Assembly (NCBI GenBank): GCA_951406725.2
Contig: OX597818.1
Location: 11,222,001 to 11,286,000, forward strand
Length of the DNA: 64,000 nucleotides
Direction: 5' to 3'
Source of the DNA: Octopus vulgaris
Lineage: Eukaryota
Shown: positions 39,945 through 53,046 of the stretch, one piece after another
Layout of the letters: each line of letters starts with the position of its first letter
How positions within the stretch are numbered: position 1 is the stretch's first letter
Translations under genes and position numbers: made by a program
The notes under the pieces: model-generated
Told to the model about the DNA's origin: nothing
The model's input: the letters and a program-made list of their open reading frames with translations, nothing else
Database searches by the model: none

Positions 39945-40262
39945 GACACCTTGGTCATATGTCTCCTTACTATAGCCTTGGGCCAGCCAAAGCCTTGTGA
40001 ATGGATTTGGTAGACAGAAACTAAAAGAAGTCTGTCATGTGTGTCTTTGTGTCTGAATTTGTCCCCACCCCCACTATTTGACAACAGGTGTTGATGTGTT
40101 TATGTCCCCCATAACTTTCTGGCTCAACAAAAGAGACCAACAGAATAAGTACAAAGCTTTAAAAGTATTCAAAAAAGGTACTGGAGTCAATTTTGATTAA
40201 AAAATTTTCAAAGCAGTGCCCTGCGTGACCACAGTCTAATGACTGAAACAAGTAAAAGATAT
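39945..40262 (+). mobile_element. 5'-truncated SINE family A copy
   Basis: Starts at GACACCTTGG and ends at GACTGAAACAAGTAAAAGA. Confidence 0.75.
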
Positions 40263-40626
40263 ATATATATGTATGTATGTATATTAAATCATCATATGTG
40301 TGCATACACACATATATACCCAGCAGGCTTCTGTTAGGTGTATATTTATCCAAAGATCTGGTAGATACTTGCTCAAGGTACTGTGCAATGGGATTGACTT
40401 CAGAATAGTAGTGAAATAAAATTCTTAAACCCACAGTCATGAATTTTACCCATAAGGAAAATGAATTATAAATATTATTTTTTTTGTTTCGTTTTTGTAA
40501 TATCAGCTATTTTGTTTGTGCATGTACAGTACAGAAGTTGAATCAGAGTTCTTCACTTTGGTTTGTTTATTTGATTAATTTTATCACAATGCCTCCCTCT
40601 AACCCTCTCTCTGTTTTTCTATTTAG

Positions 40627-40742
40627 CACCTGCTGCAGCTCCAGAAAATATTGTTATTCATTGGCTATCAGACAGTAGCATGTCAGTGCGATGGTCACCG
40701 CCACCACGTCCTTACCGATATGGTGATGTCAATGGATATGTT
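40627..40742 (+). CDS. robo: Robo exon: N-terminal half of FN3 domain 3 (APAAAPENIVIHWLSDSSMSVRWSPPPRPYRYGDVNGYV)
   Basis: Not in the ORF track in this frame. TTTTTCTATTTAG acceptor; GTT|GTAAGT donor; phase 1-0; matches ROBO1 APSAPPQGVTV..TAILVSWQPPPE..NGMVQEY. Confidence 0.93.
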
Positions 40743-40779
40743 GTAAGTGTTATATCTTTGACTATTTCATTTGATCAGT

Positions 40780-41290
40780 ACAGGTGTGCTTCATAGGTAT
40801 GATAAAAGGTAGATCAAGTGATATTGTTAAAATGCTAGAACAGAGGTGTGCTGCATGCAAGAGATAAGATGAAGGAGAGCTTCAGCCAGATATCTCAGGG
40901 ACAAGGAACAAAGATAGAAATTTTTTCTTAGAAGGCAATAGTGATGGTGTGGGAGGTGTAGGCATACTTTTGGCAGACAAATAGGTAGATAAGATGATCG
41001 AGGTAGTTAGAGTGTGGCAGGATAATTAAGTTTAGTCTTATCTTGAAAAATATGACAGCAACATTTATTTCTGCATATTCTCCTCATTGGGACTGGCAGA
41101 TGAACAAAAGGACAGATTTTTACAAAGCCCTTTTACAGATAACCTTGATGATGAATGACAGCGACATATTTTTATGGCTGGTCATTTCAACAAACATATT
41201 GGGTAGCAACCCAGCAACTAATACAGGGAAAATATAGTTTTGGTCCCAGAAATGTGGAGGAAACATGGCTTCTGGAGTCTTGTGATGCAA
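40780..41290 (+). mobile_element. Heavily decayed RTE-like LINE endonuclease fragment
   Basis: Broken translation GRSSDIVKMLEQR..CMQEIR.R..GVGGVGILLA..IEVVRV..RIIK..FISAYSP..NVEETWLLESCDAN resembles the 36200-37395 family. Confidence 0.6.
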
Positions 41291-41544
41291 ATGGCATACA
41301 TACATACATACAATCATCAGCATCATCATTTAACATCCGCCGGAATGGGTTGGATGGTTTGATAGGGGCTGGCCAGCTCTGTGTCTATTTTGGATGCCCT
41401 TCTTAATGTAGAAACCATGTCAAAACAGAACCTGGGCAGCCCTAGAGAGTGTGTCTCTTAAAAGTTATTAAAGATTTTTTAAAATTTTGGAAAATGTTTC
41501 TTTAAATATTGTTTGCGGTGATATCAAGTATCTTCTGCAAAATC

Positions 41545-41593
<49 letters not shown>

Positions 41594-42251
41594 CTCAAAA
41601 CAAGAGACTGAAAAAGTTTTTGGTACTATTTATTCACATGATTCATCTGCTAATAGTAGATACAAAATTGTACATGTAGTAGAAAACATGTATGGTATCT
41701 CTTATTAGAAATTTTTCAAATAGAGATTCTCTCTCTAAAGAATTTCTTTTAAACACACACACACACACCATACACACATGCACACACACACATACACACA
41801 TAGTATGTACATATATTGTACAAATAGAACTTGTTGCACACTCAATTATCACTTTTTTTTTCCCTTTGAAAATTCTATATTAGTGAACACTTTGTTGATT
41901 ATCTCAAAAAAATCTACTAATTCTGGGAACTGTTTGGAAAGCAGGCAGAAACTGTGCAAGAGGGCTATGGCAGCTTTGCATTATTGCCAATCTCAAATGT
42001 AATTTGCATTGAATATTTGCAGCAGTGCAATTGCAGAGGTGTAAAACCAAAAGGAAAAAAAACCAACGTCTTTTTACTGAGATAATCAATTCTACCTCTA
42101 CTAATAGTACAAAGTACTTATAATTGATATATATATATATATATTAAATATATATTAAGTATTAAAGCTAGATATATATATATATCTTACATAAGATAGA
42201 TTATTTCATACAGTTGTGTTAATTTTATATACCATTTCTCTTCCACACCAG

Positions 42252-42417
42252 ATCCGCTGCTATGGAGAAGATAGAAAAGATAATTGTAGTCTTGCCACAA
42301 ACTCATCCGTGCGCCGAGTTATTATTGAACGTTTAAATCCCTCAACCACCTACATGTTGCAGATGGCAGCTGTAACAAACAAAGGCACAGGAACATGGAG
42401 TCAAAAGTTCTACATGG
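42252..42417 (+). CDS. robo: Robo exon: C-terminal half of FN3 domain 3 (IRCYGEDRKDNCSLATNSSVRRVIIERLNPSTTYMLQMAAVTNKGTGTWSQKFYM)
   Basis: Pyrimidine-rich CAG acceptor; ATGG|GTAAGT donor; phase 0-1; L-x-P-x-x-x-Y..AA-x-T-x-x-G-x-G-x-x-S motif. Confidence 0.95.
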
Positions 42418-42907
42418 GTAAGTAAAGTAGGAAGACACGAGTCTCTTGTATGTAAGATAGGTTACGCACTGGGTCAAGCATGCATATCTCTTTTCTCGTA
42501 CTACATCATCATCATCATCCTTCAGCATCTGTCTTCTTGTTATAAATATCTTTCCTTTTTCTCTGCTATATTTTTCTGTTAACTTCAGACTTTGGCTTAC
42601 AGTTGGTGTGGAGTTTTAATGAATCCAGATTCCTATTGACTACTGTTCATATTTCAGTCTAGTACTTATACTGATCTTTGTCAAATAATCAAGTTTTGCA
42701 TTTTCTGCATAGAGGGATGTAACATGACATTGATTTACACAGGCATATATGCACACATTTATATACACATGCATGCACACAAACACATTCATATGCACTC
42801 TGGACTTTAATGAAGTTTTCATCCATATAATATCTCTCTCTCTCTTTATATATATATATATATATATATATAATATGTATATATATAAAGAGAGAGAGAG
42901 AGAGATT

Positions 42908-43080
42908 TGCACAGTTATGGCTGTGTGGTAAGAAGCTTGCTGCCCAGCCACATGGTTCTGGGTTCAGTCCCACTGCATGGCACATTGGGCAAGTGTCTCC
43001 TAATATAACCTCAGGTTAACCAAAGCCTTGTGAGTGGATTTGGTTGATGGAAACTGAAAGAAGCCCATTGTGTGTGTGTG

Positions 43081-43135
<55 letters not shown>

Positions 43136-43240
43136 CTTAGTGTCTGTTTGTCTCCCCACCACTACTTGACAACTAGTGTTGGTGTATTTAGGTCCTTGTA
43201 ACTTAGCAGTTCGGCATAAGAGCCCAATAAAAAGTAAGTT
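42908..43240 (+). mobile_element. SINE family A copy
   Basis: Family A consensus with a (TG)(TA)(TG) internal microsatellite. Confidence 0.8.
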
Positions 43241-43395
43241 TGCTTTTTGTTGTTTTTTGAGACAGTAGGATGTGATTTCAGATAGATTTAGACACTCTTG
43301 CATGTTAAGTGACATCTTCCTACATTTTTTTTTTTCATTTTATCCATACTGTAATTGTTGCTGAAGACATATTTTTGTTTGTTTTTTTGTTTCAG

Positions 43396-43557
43396 TTCCT
43401 GAAAAACCATCAATAATGAGACAGCCTTGGTTTATTGGCATGTTAATTGGGACAATTGGTGGAACTGTGTGGATTGCTTTGTGTATTGTTAGCATTTGGT
43501 TGTGTCGCAAGAAGCACACCCAGAAGAAATTAATGGAACAAAGTGGAATGTATAGCA
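43396..43557 (+). CDS. robo: Robo transmembrane exon (VPEKPSIMRQPWFIGMLIGTIGGTVWIALCIVSIWLCRKKHTQKKLMEQSGMYS)
   Basis: Not in the ORF track. T-rich TTTCAG acceptor; A|GTAAGT donor; 162 nt, phase 1-1; hydrophobic helix followed by RKK; matches ROBO1 [31 protein letters not shown]. Confidence 0.95.
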
Positions 43558-44874
43558 GTAAGTTTTGAAATTATCTTTGATTCCTACAATCATGCCATCC
43601 ACAAAACTTGCTTTACCATTTGACCTTTCCCTCATCTCAGTCTCTATGCTATCTACTATAGCTTTCACCATGACATCTGCAATATCAATATCTATAATGC
43701 TATCCAGTGATGTATTGTATATGACATTGCTCTCCATACTTTTATAACATTGCTCTCCATATACCTTCTACCACATCTGGCACCATGCCATATACCAGAT
43801 CTCTTTTTCTATCATCTACCGCATCCATCTTCATACCATCTATCACACCTGTCTCCTTATCATTTGCTGCATACCATATACCATGTCAGTCTCCATTCTT
43901 TCTTCCACAGTTTTTTTGATTGGCATTTTATTTCATTTACAATGGAAAGATGAAAGGCAAAGTTGACCTCAATGGAATTTGGATTCAGGCTGCAAAGAAC
44001 CAGAAGAAATACATCTAAACATTTTGTTCATTACTCTAATAACTCTGCCAATTCCTCACCCTACCACATCTGACACTATACATCTAACACTTTATCATCT
44101 ATTTGTCTATATACTTCCTGCCATATCTACTCTGATACTATCTATCATAAATATCTCTTTACCAACTTCCACACCTTTCTACATGTCATACACAACTCTT
44201 CATATCAACCACTAAATCTGTCTTGCCATCCACCACACCTATCACCATACCTTCCACTACCACTCACCCTCATTCTATCAACCAAATCTAATACTACACT
44301 ATCTGTTATACCATCTGTTGCACCTGGCACAAGATTGTTTCTTTTATGTAATCTTTGTAACTACACCAGTGTATTACTGGTACATTTACATTTTGCCTTT
44401 CATTCCATTGAGGGTTTTTTGGGGGTTTTTTTTCTGGGAACATCAGTAAAACATTGAGAGAAATAGACCCGCTCTTACAAAGAAGGTCATGCGGTTTTTT
44501 AGGAATCTTTTTAGACTAACATAATCCTTGGTCTTATTGATTTTTAACAAATTTCTTTTCATGTGAAGTTGCAAGGTAGTGCCCACAGATTTTTTTTAAG
44601 GCTCACCCAATCATAGGGTATGTATAACTAGGGCATTTATTTGGTTAGTGTCAAGTTTATACAATTCTTTCCTGCCACTTCGCAAAAACTAACTTTCTTA
44701 TATTTAGAATGAATAACTTTGATTTCTTGAGACAACCTGTCTCACTTTGTAAGAAATGTAGAAGTTGTACTTAGCGATTGTACTGACAGAGAAAGATATT
44801 TATTTTCATTCTGAATCAGATTTACATGTACTGAAAGCCCATAGCCATATTAATCACAAGCTAACAGTTCATAG

Positions 44875-45105
44875 TTAAACCCTTTAAAATTTAAACTGGC
44901 CATATCCATCCCAGATATTCTACCTGTTGTATGTTCAAACTAGCCAGACTTAGCCTTTCACGCCTACCCTACAATGTCAATTTAAAAAAATGCACAATCA
45001 CATCATTGAAATCTCAAAGCTATGAGATAATGCATGATGAATATAAAACAATGTGAATAAACATACATAACATTTGACTGAGTAATCTGAATGCTAAAGG
45101 GTTAA
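44875..45105. mobile_element. piggyBac-type MITE
   Basis: TTAA(A)CCCTTTA..TAAAGGGTTAA ends (TTAA target, CCC/GGG termini); related copies at ~5648-5865 and 31615-32382. Confidence 0.75.
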
Positions 45106-45288
45106 AACAGAATCAAGAATGCATCATGTGAACCTTTCCATTACACACAATGTGTTTTGTTTCCTGTCAGAAAAAAACAGTCAAGGCAGATTCTTACTTT
45201 AATAAAAGGAACTTAGAATTTGAAATTAACACATTTATTAGTTTATATAATAATGTTTCGGATTTAGACACAAACCAGCAATACTGTA

Positions 45289-45665
45289 GTGGCTGTGTGG
45301 TAAGTAGCTTGTTTACCAGCCACATGGTTCCGGGTTCAGTCCCACTGCGTGACACCTTGGGCAAGTGTCTTCTACTATAGCCTCGGGCCAACCAAAGCCT
45401 TGTGAGTGGATTTGGTTGACGGAAACTGAAAGAAACCCGTCGTATATATTTATATATATATATGTGTGTGTGTGTGTGTTTGTATGTCTGTGTTTGTCCC
45501 CCTAGCATTGCTTGACAACCGATGCTGGTGTGTTTATGTCCCCATAACTTAGCGGTAGAATAAGTACTGGGCTTACAAAAGAATAAGTCCCGGGGTCGAG
45601 TTGCTCGATTAAAGGCGTTGCTCCAGCATGGCCGCAGACAAATGACTGAAACAAGTAAAAGAGAG
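45289..45665 (+). mobile_element. Young SINE family A copy
   Basis: CpG-rich, close to the consensus inferred from the other copies. Confidence 0.85.
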
Positions 45666-46649
45666 AGAAATACTAAGGAGAGAGGGTTAATTATTACTAT
45701 CGCATGCACCACCCCCCTCCTAAAGGAATAAAAAGTGAAGTTGACCGTGATAAGATTTAATCACAGAAAGAAGAAAAACCACAAGGTATTTTTTTAATAA
45801 TGTTGCAATGGTCTTGCTAGCTCACAGCCTTTATTAATTTCTGATTTAAACACAAGGCTTGAAATTGTTGAGGAGGCAGAAGTCAATTACATCAACCCTA
45901 TTGCTTAATTAGTACTGATCAACCCTGAAATGATAAAAGACAAAAGGGGCCTCAACAGCATTTGAAACACAGAATGTAAAGCCAGAAGAAATGCCACTAT
46001 TTTGTCCAACATGCTAATCACCATCATCATTTAGTGTCTGTTTTCATTGCTGGCATGGGTTAGATGGTTTGACTGGGGCTGGTAAACTGGGGAGCTGCAC
46101 CAGGCTCCAGAGTGTTTTGGCTTGGTTTCTATGGCTGGATGCTCTTCCTAATGCCAACCACTGCACAAAGTGTATTTGGTGTCTCTTACATGTCACCATC
46201 ACAGTGCTTCTTTTATGTCTCTGGCATGGGTGCCTTTTATCTGTCAGCAGTTTGGGTGCTGTTTGGCCACAACCGGTTTCACTTAGTTTGATGTGTCTTC
46301 TTAAGCACAACAATTCACTAGAAGATTCAGTCACTTGTCTTTCCCTCAGTGAAACTCAACATCCAAAGATCACATTTCCACACCTCATCCCACATCTTCC
46401 TGGGTCTACCTCTTCCACAGGTTCCCTCCAAATTTTGGTTCACAGCCAGCAAATCTGAAGGGAGAGGGCCAGTTAATACTATTAATCTCAGTACTTAACT
46501 ACCACTTTATTTTATCAACCCTGGAGGGATGAAAGGTAACGTTAATCTTGCCAGGATTTGAACTCAAAACTTAAATAGTCGAACTCTGTATTGTGTGGCA
46601 TTTTGTCTGATGCATCATCAATTCTGCAACAACAACAACAATAATGATG

Positions 46650-46680
<31 letters not shown>

Positions 46681-48324
46681 AGAACACTTAGGTTAGAGGT
46701 GAGGAAGAGTTTGAGATTAATGTAGTTCTTGGATAGGAAAATTAAACAGGATGTTTACTGTTGGATTTTCAAGAAATGCTAAATATATAATTTATGAAGT
46801 GATAGGAAGAGATGAGATGGGTACAAGAAGTGAATTTTTATTGCTTCAGAGTATTCAGAGAGACCAAACCAGCTGTAACACACAGGCTAGTGGTAGAAAT
46901 GGTTGTAAGAGATTAAAAAACAACAGCTGGCTGCCGTTGTTTATAAAATAAGAGTGTTGATGTATTCAGTTAATGCTCATATGATATTACAAGACCAAGC
47001 ATTGTTTAACTCCCAGCTCAATCCTGATTGAGGAGACTTATGAACTTAGGCATTCCAGCCACAGTTATCTCATATTTTACTTTTCTCATATGTCATATAG
47101 AAATACATTATCCATTGTATGCATCCTTTCTTTTTAAGACATTAAGGATTTGAGGGAGATTTGAATGCTGTTTCTAACTGTTTCAGCAAGCTCATAAACA
47201 TTTCCATATAAGCGAGTATGAGTACATAATTGTTGAATGACAATATGCCCTATTCATCTTCATTAATATTTGACATCCGTTTTCTATGCTGGCATCAGTT
47301 GGACTTCTTGACAGGAACTTGCAAGGTCAGGGGCTGCACCAGATTCCATAGTCTGTTTTAGCTTGGCTTCTATGGATGGATGCCCTTCCTAATGCCAATC
47401 ACTTTACTGAGTTTACTGGGTGCTTTTTACATGGCACCATCACCAGTGCTTTCTATGTTACCAGTGCCAGAATTTGTCATGTGGAACCAGTACTATTAAA
47501 TGTAATAGAATGAGTATTGATTAAAACTATGCTTTTGAAAGAAGAAAACCCTTCTGTGATTTATTTGAAGTTGAAACCGTCTGACTTGCAATCTTTGCAT
47601 AAAATTTAGGCACATATTCAATATTTAATTATATAGTCAATATTTTGACATAATTCAATATTTAAACTTGCCTCAAAATATAGGCATACCCAGTATTTAG
47701 GTATATTTAAAATATTCAAGCATATTCACAAAAACTCCAAGAAGTAATAGTGCAACTGGCTGATTGACTTTGACCTATGACAACTGGATCATCAGTATTT
47801 TAAAAAAAACACAGCTTTGAGATGGATGAGATGGTCATCAATAGGAAGAAAGAAAACTTTGAGGAAACTCATGGGTCACATGGCATCAAAACTTTTAGGA
47901 ATACCTGAAGACTATCAAACAGACATTGGGGTAACATAGCAGAACACTGAAAAACTACTTCTCAAACAAGCATGAGGTGGACTAACAAACTAACATGTAC
48001 GCATATCTCAACATTTCAGCATGCTACAGTAGCAAGGGATACATCATAATGTTGGCATACCTCAATATTAAAGCATTTCTCAAAATGTTGGTGTACCTCA
48101 GTTGGCATTTTTCAAGGTTGCAAGCTGGTAGAACCATTAGCATACTGAACAAAATATTTAGTTGCATTTTGTCCGTCCTTAAGTTCTGAGTTCAAATGCT
48201 GCCAAAGTCAACTTTGACTCTCATCATTTTGGGGTCTATAGAATAAGTAGCAGTTGAACAGGGGTCGATGTAATCAGCTTACCGACTCCCTAAAATTGCT
48301 AGCATTGAGCCAAAATTTGAAACC

Positions 48325-48362
<38 letters not shown>

Positions 48363-49136
48363 CATCTCCGCTTTAGAGAAAACCAAAACGTCTCATGCTA
48401 TTCATTTAAAAATTCCTGAGTAGAACTTATTATTATTATCTCTGCATTTGAAACTATTTTGAATAGTGAATTTCTTAACTTTGGCTTGTATTAGATAAGA
48501 ATAAACTATTTATTACTGTTACTAAATTTTCTACAGCCACCTTCACATTCTATGACTGCCATTGGGATCGATCATGTACCAGACAAGGGTTCTGGATTAT
48601 TTTTCCAGTTTTTTTTACTTAATTTTTGAGAGTGGTCGGGTTCATTTTTAGTATTCTTATTCATGAGAGCAATCAAGTTTATTTCAGATATTCTCATTTG
48701 AAAAATCATCTCTGGCTAATCGTTGACAGGATGTTGGTGTTGCTCTTGTTGTGGTTGTTGTCGTTATTATTGTTGTTGTTGTTGTTGTTATTATTATTAT
48801 TATTATTATTAAGGTGGTGAGCTGGCAAAATCATAAGTATGGTGGGCTAAATGCTTAGCAGCATTTCATCCATCCTTATGATCTGAGTTCAAACGCTACC
48901 AAGGTCAACTTTGCCTTTCGTCCTTTTGGGGTTGATAAAATAAGTACCAGTTGAACATTGGGGTCAGTGTAGTCAACTTAACCCTTTTCTTAAAATTGCT
49001 GGTTTTATGCCAAAATTTGAAACCTATATTATGAATTTCTCAAAATGTTCACATATCGCAGTGTTTAGGCATACATTAAGTATGGCTAACATCTTCATAG
49101 AGCCACTGAGACTTGCTGGTTGGCTAGTTTATATAT

Positions 49137-49191
<55 letters not shown>

Positions 49192-49209
49192 TAGATAGAT
49201 AGATAGATA

Positions 49210-49578
49210 TAGGTGTGACTGTGTGTTAAGTTGCTTCCCAACCACATGGTTCTGGGTTCACTCCTTCCTACCATATGGCACATTGGGCAAGTGTCTTCTA
49301 CTATCAGGCCAACAAAAGTCTTGTGATTGGATTCGGTAGACAGAAACTGAAAGAAGCCCATCATATATATATGTGTGTGTGTATCTTTATGTCTATGTTT
49401 GTCCCCATCGCCGTTTGACAACTGGTGTTGGTGTGTTTATGTCCCTGTAACTTAGTGGTTCAGCAAAAGCAACTGATAGAATAAGTCCTGGGGTCGATTC
49501 CTTTGATTGAAAAAATTTCTAAGCTGGTACCCCAGCATGGTTGCAGTTTAATTACTGAAACAAGTAAAAGATATAAGA
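49210..49578 (+). mobile_element. SINE family A copy
   Basis: Family A consensus. Confidence 0.8.
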
Positions 49579-50108
49579 CATATATATATATATATATATA
49601 TATTATTTCTATAGTGACGTTATGTATTTGGTTTATTTTACATCCGTGATATTGTTTGCGGTTATGTTTAAATATGCTATGGGTTGAAACAAGGATACTA
49701 ATACCAAATTAAATCCCAAAGCAAAAAAAGCAAAAGGTGAACGTACTATGAAGCCTTGTATAAATTTACACTATTCCTTGTAATAAATAAAACTTTAGTG
49801 GATGGATAAATTCAATCAAATAATTTGACCATGTGAACTACATCCATTTATTTATATTATTCTCTGCTTCTACCCTGTGGTATTCATTGCTGGTTTATCT
49901 TTTGTTGGTTTCATCGATGATATCATTCCTTTCATTTTAAATAGCAATCATCTCTGAAGAGAAAATGCAACAGCACTAGAAGAGGAAGGAAAAGTACTCC
50001 AATGACCTCTCTAATGTTGCCAGAAATTACTTTTACTATCGAATACAGATTAATGTTTGCCAATTTGATGCTGGAAAGTTCATGGCAAAGAAATGCAATT
50101 AAGTTGTA

Positions 50109-50160
<52 letters not shown>

Positions 50161-50832
50161 ACACAAATATTGAACATGGCTGAAACCATTCAGAATTACA
50201 ATTTTACTGCAGTTTCATCTGTACAATCAATATATTACACAGATACATACATATAAATACATGCACACACATGTGTGTGTGAGAGAGACACTCTGAGAGA
50301 GATAAGCCGATACATAAAAAAAAAATCAATATTTATAATACAACTTATTAACTGCTGAGTAACTGAAAACTTGTTGAAAATGGCACTAAAAGCATCGGAA
50401 ATTATTTTGCATGAAGAAAATTTAGATAATACAGAGAACAAGTAAACTCAGGATAAGGTTTAGATAACACATCACTTGTTTTACCTTCCTCTTCACCCAA
50501 GTATTTATTTTTCCCCCTTTTTATTGGTTTCAATCATTGGACTGCAGTGATACTGAGGCCCTGCCTTCAAGGGATTTGGTCTATTATATCGACCCCAGTA
50601 CTTGAGTCTCATAATCAATCTGAATAGATATCAGATGACTGAGTTAGCATACTGAGTTACCTCCCTTAGGGAATTCACATGCTTTAGGAGTCAGTACCAT
50701 CTAACTGTCTTTGGTGATATTTTGCTCAGAGCAGTCCTGGTTCAGCTGATCTTCTTTCATTACTTTTAACCTATGATCAGTGACATTCCAGTTATGTTCA
50801 TTATTTTTTTTCTGTAGCCATAGTATTTATAT

Positions 50833-51255
50833 AGGTGCAGCCATGACTGTGTGGTAAGAAGCTTGCTTCCCAACCACATGGTTTCAAGTTCAGTCTCACT
50901 GCATGGCACCTTGGGCAAGTGTTTTCTACTATATATCTCGGGCCAACCAATGCCTTGTGTGTGGATTTGGTAGATGAGAACTAAAAAAGCTCATTGTATT
51001 TATATATGTGTATATATCTATGCATCTGTGTCTTTGTGTCTGTGTTAGTACCCCCCCCCCCCCATCACTGCTTGACAACTGGTTTTTGTGTGTTTACATC
51101 CTCATAACTCAGTAGTTCAGCAAAAGAGACTCATAGAATAAGCACTAGGCTTAAAAAAGTTCTCAGGTCGATTTGTTCAATTAAAATCCCCTCAAAGCGG
51201 TATCCCAGCATGGCCTCGGTCAAATGCCTGAAACAATTAAAAGAATGAAAGAATA
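50833..51255 (+). mobile_element. SINE family A copy inserted in a minus-strand family-H repeat
   Basis: Family A consensus; H-like flanks on both sides. Confidence 0.8.
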
Positions 51256-51599
51256 TCAAAACTGCATTATTGAACGTCTTTATCCTTTTTCACATACTTT
51301 AAGAAGCATTTGGTTGCTATTTGTTCTGAAAGTGTCTCATCAGTTCAATACATTTTAAAGTAAAGGGTCACCTGAAATATAGCATAACAGCCAAAATATA
51401 ACATCTAGTAAATTAGCATTATAAATTTTTTTAAAATGGTTTGATGTCAGATTTATATCAGGATACATGAGAAATTTAATTCAAATGATATTATAGTTAT
51501 TTATACTACCATCATTCAAAATATGCAGAAAAAAATTTAATTCCCATGAAATCGGATATTTTAATTGAAATCTATTTTTTCGTTTCTTTGTTGTGGCAG

Positions 51600-51630
51600 C
51601 GCCTCTTCAAAAACAGGAAGAACAAGCTCG
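51600..51630 (+). CDS. robo: Robo 31-nt juxtamembrane cytoplasmic exon (TPLQKQEEQAR)
   Basis: Long T-rich tract plus GCAG acceptor; CG|GTAAGT donor; open in the phase-1 frame required by the TM exon; exits in phase 2. Confidence 0.8.
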
Positions 51631-51952
51631 GTAAGTAAAACAAAATATATTCTTTCAAAGTCTTTCAATATTAGAACTATTTACCATTCTACAGCCATTA
51701 GCATTTGAATGGTTTTGTGACTTTTACATTGTTCTTTTATACTATGTGGCATCAGCATTTTTTTAAATATTTTTTGTTACCCATTTCCCTGCCTTCCCCT
51801 CTCTTACCCTCTTTCTCTCTCTTCCTCTTTCTCTGCCCCTCTCTTTCTCTTTATTTCCATCAATCAAATGCTTTTTTCCCCATGTTAATGAACTTGTTTA
51901 CATTCAACTTAAAAAATCTAAATTATCAAGTGTCAAAATCGTTGCTCTGTAG

Positions 51953-51967
51953 TGTTGAGCATATATT
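51953..51967 (+). CDS. robo: Candidate 15-nt Robo microexon ((R)VEHI(L/F)), phase 2-2
   Basis: CGTTGCTCTGTAG|TGTTGAGCATATATT|GTAAGT; multiple of 3, no stop; UGC close to the 3' splice site. Prediction only. Confidence 0.45.
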
Positions 51968-53046
51968 GTAAGTTTGTGTAATTTGGGTAGAAATTTATAT
52001 TAAGAGCCAACTCAATGATGCAATTGATATGTATATCAACAAATATAGTGAATGTGAATCCTCAATTTGAATATTTAGGTTTCTTTTTATTCTTAATTTC
52101 ATGTGTATTTGTTTTTATGTTATTTTTTTGTTGTTTTTGCACAAAAGTAACAAACAAATCCAAGTATTACTACTACTACTAATAACTACTACTACTACAA
52201 TAAAACAATAACAACAATGAAAAGTCTTCTACTGCTATTGATGATAATAATGATTGCTTTTATTTGCCACGAGGACAGCAGATGAAGGAACATTACATGG
52301 ACATTTAATTATAATAAAGATATTGATGATGTATGATTTTTTAAAATATTTTTAAATATTTTTATGAGTATGATGATAACAACAGCATAATATTTGATGA
52401 TGATGACGATGGTAGTGGTGGTAGTAGTGACGATGATGATGATGATGATGACAATCACGATGATGGTGGCGACGATGATGAGGACAACAACAATGATGAT
52501 GATCATAACGATGATGCTAATGCCAACACAATTACTAATGATGAACCGGGAAAAATCTACTAAAACAATTAAAATCTGAGCTGTTCATTTTACAATCCCA
52601 CAGAACTATTAAAATCTAAGATTTAAACTAAAAATCATGTTATCTTTTTCTGAAATGTCACTGAAATGTTAACGTTACATGTGTCTTTTTAACTTACTTC
52701 AGAAATGTCTAACTTCCTCTCCTTTAAAAAACAGATGTCTCCTCCTTCCTAATCTGTTATTCCATTATTATTATTATTATCATTATTATTATTATTATCA
52801 TTATTATTATCATTATTATTATTATTATTCAGTTTATGGTTTCTTCCTTTCTGACTTCAGTCTCTTCTAATCTCTCATCTCCTCTCAGAACTTCTTCTCA
52901 GTTTCTTTTCATTCACTATTATCAGCAGCAACATCACCCCATCCTACAGACACATTGTCAAACAAACAAGAGTACCTTCATATGGTCATTCAACCTGCTA
53001 GAAATATCAAACAATTTTTTTTTTTAATCACAACATACCATACCAT

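Noticed and set aside
45194-45712. 172-aa minus-strand ORF (and similar ORFs over SINE copies)
   Set aside because: Antisense reading of SINE family A.
49945-49979. Possible alternative terminal exon (TIISEEKMQQH*) after the TM exon
   Set aside because: Only an acceptor supports it; such matches are expected by chance in AT-rich introns.
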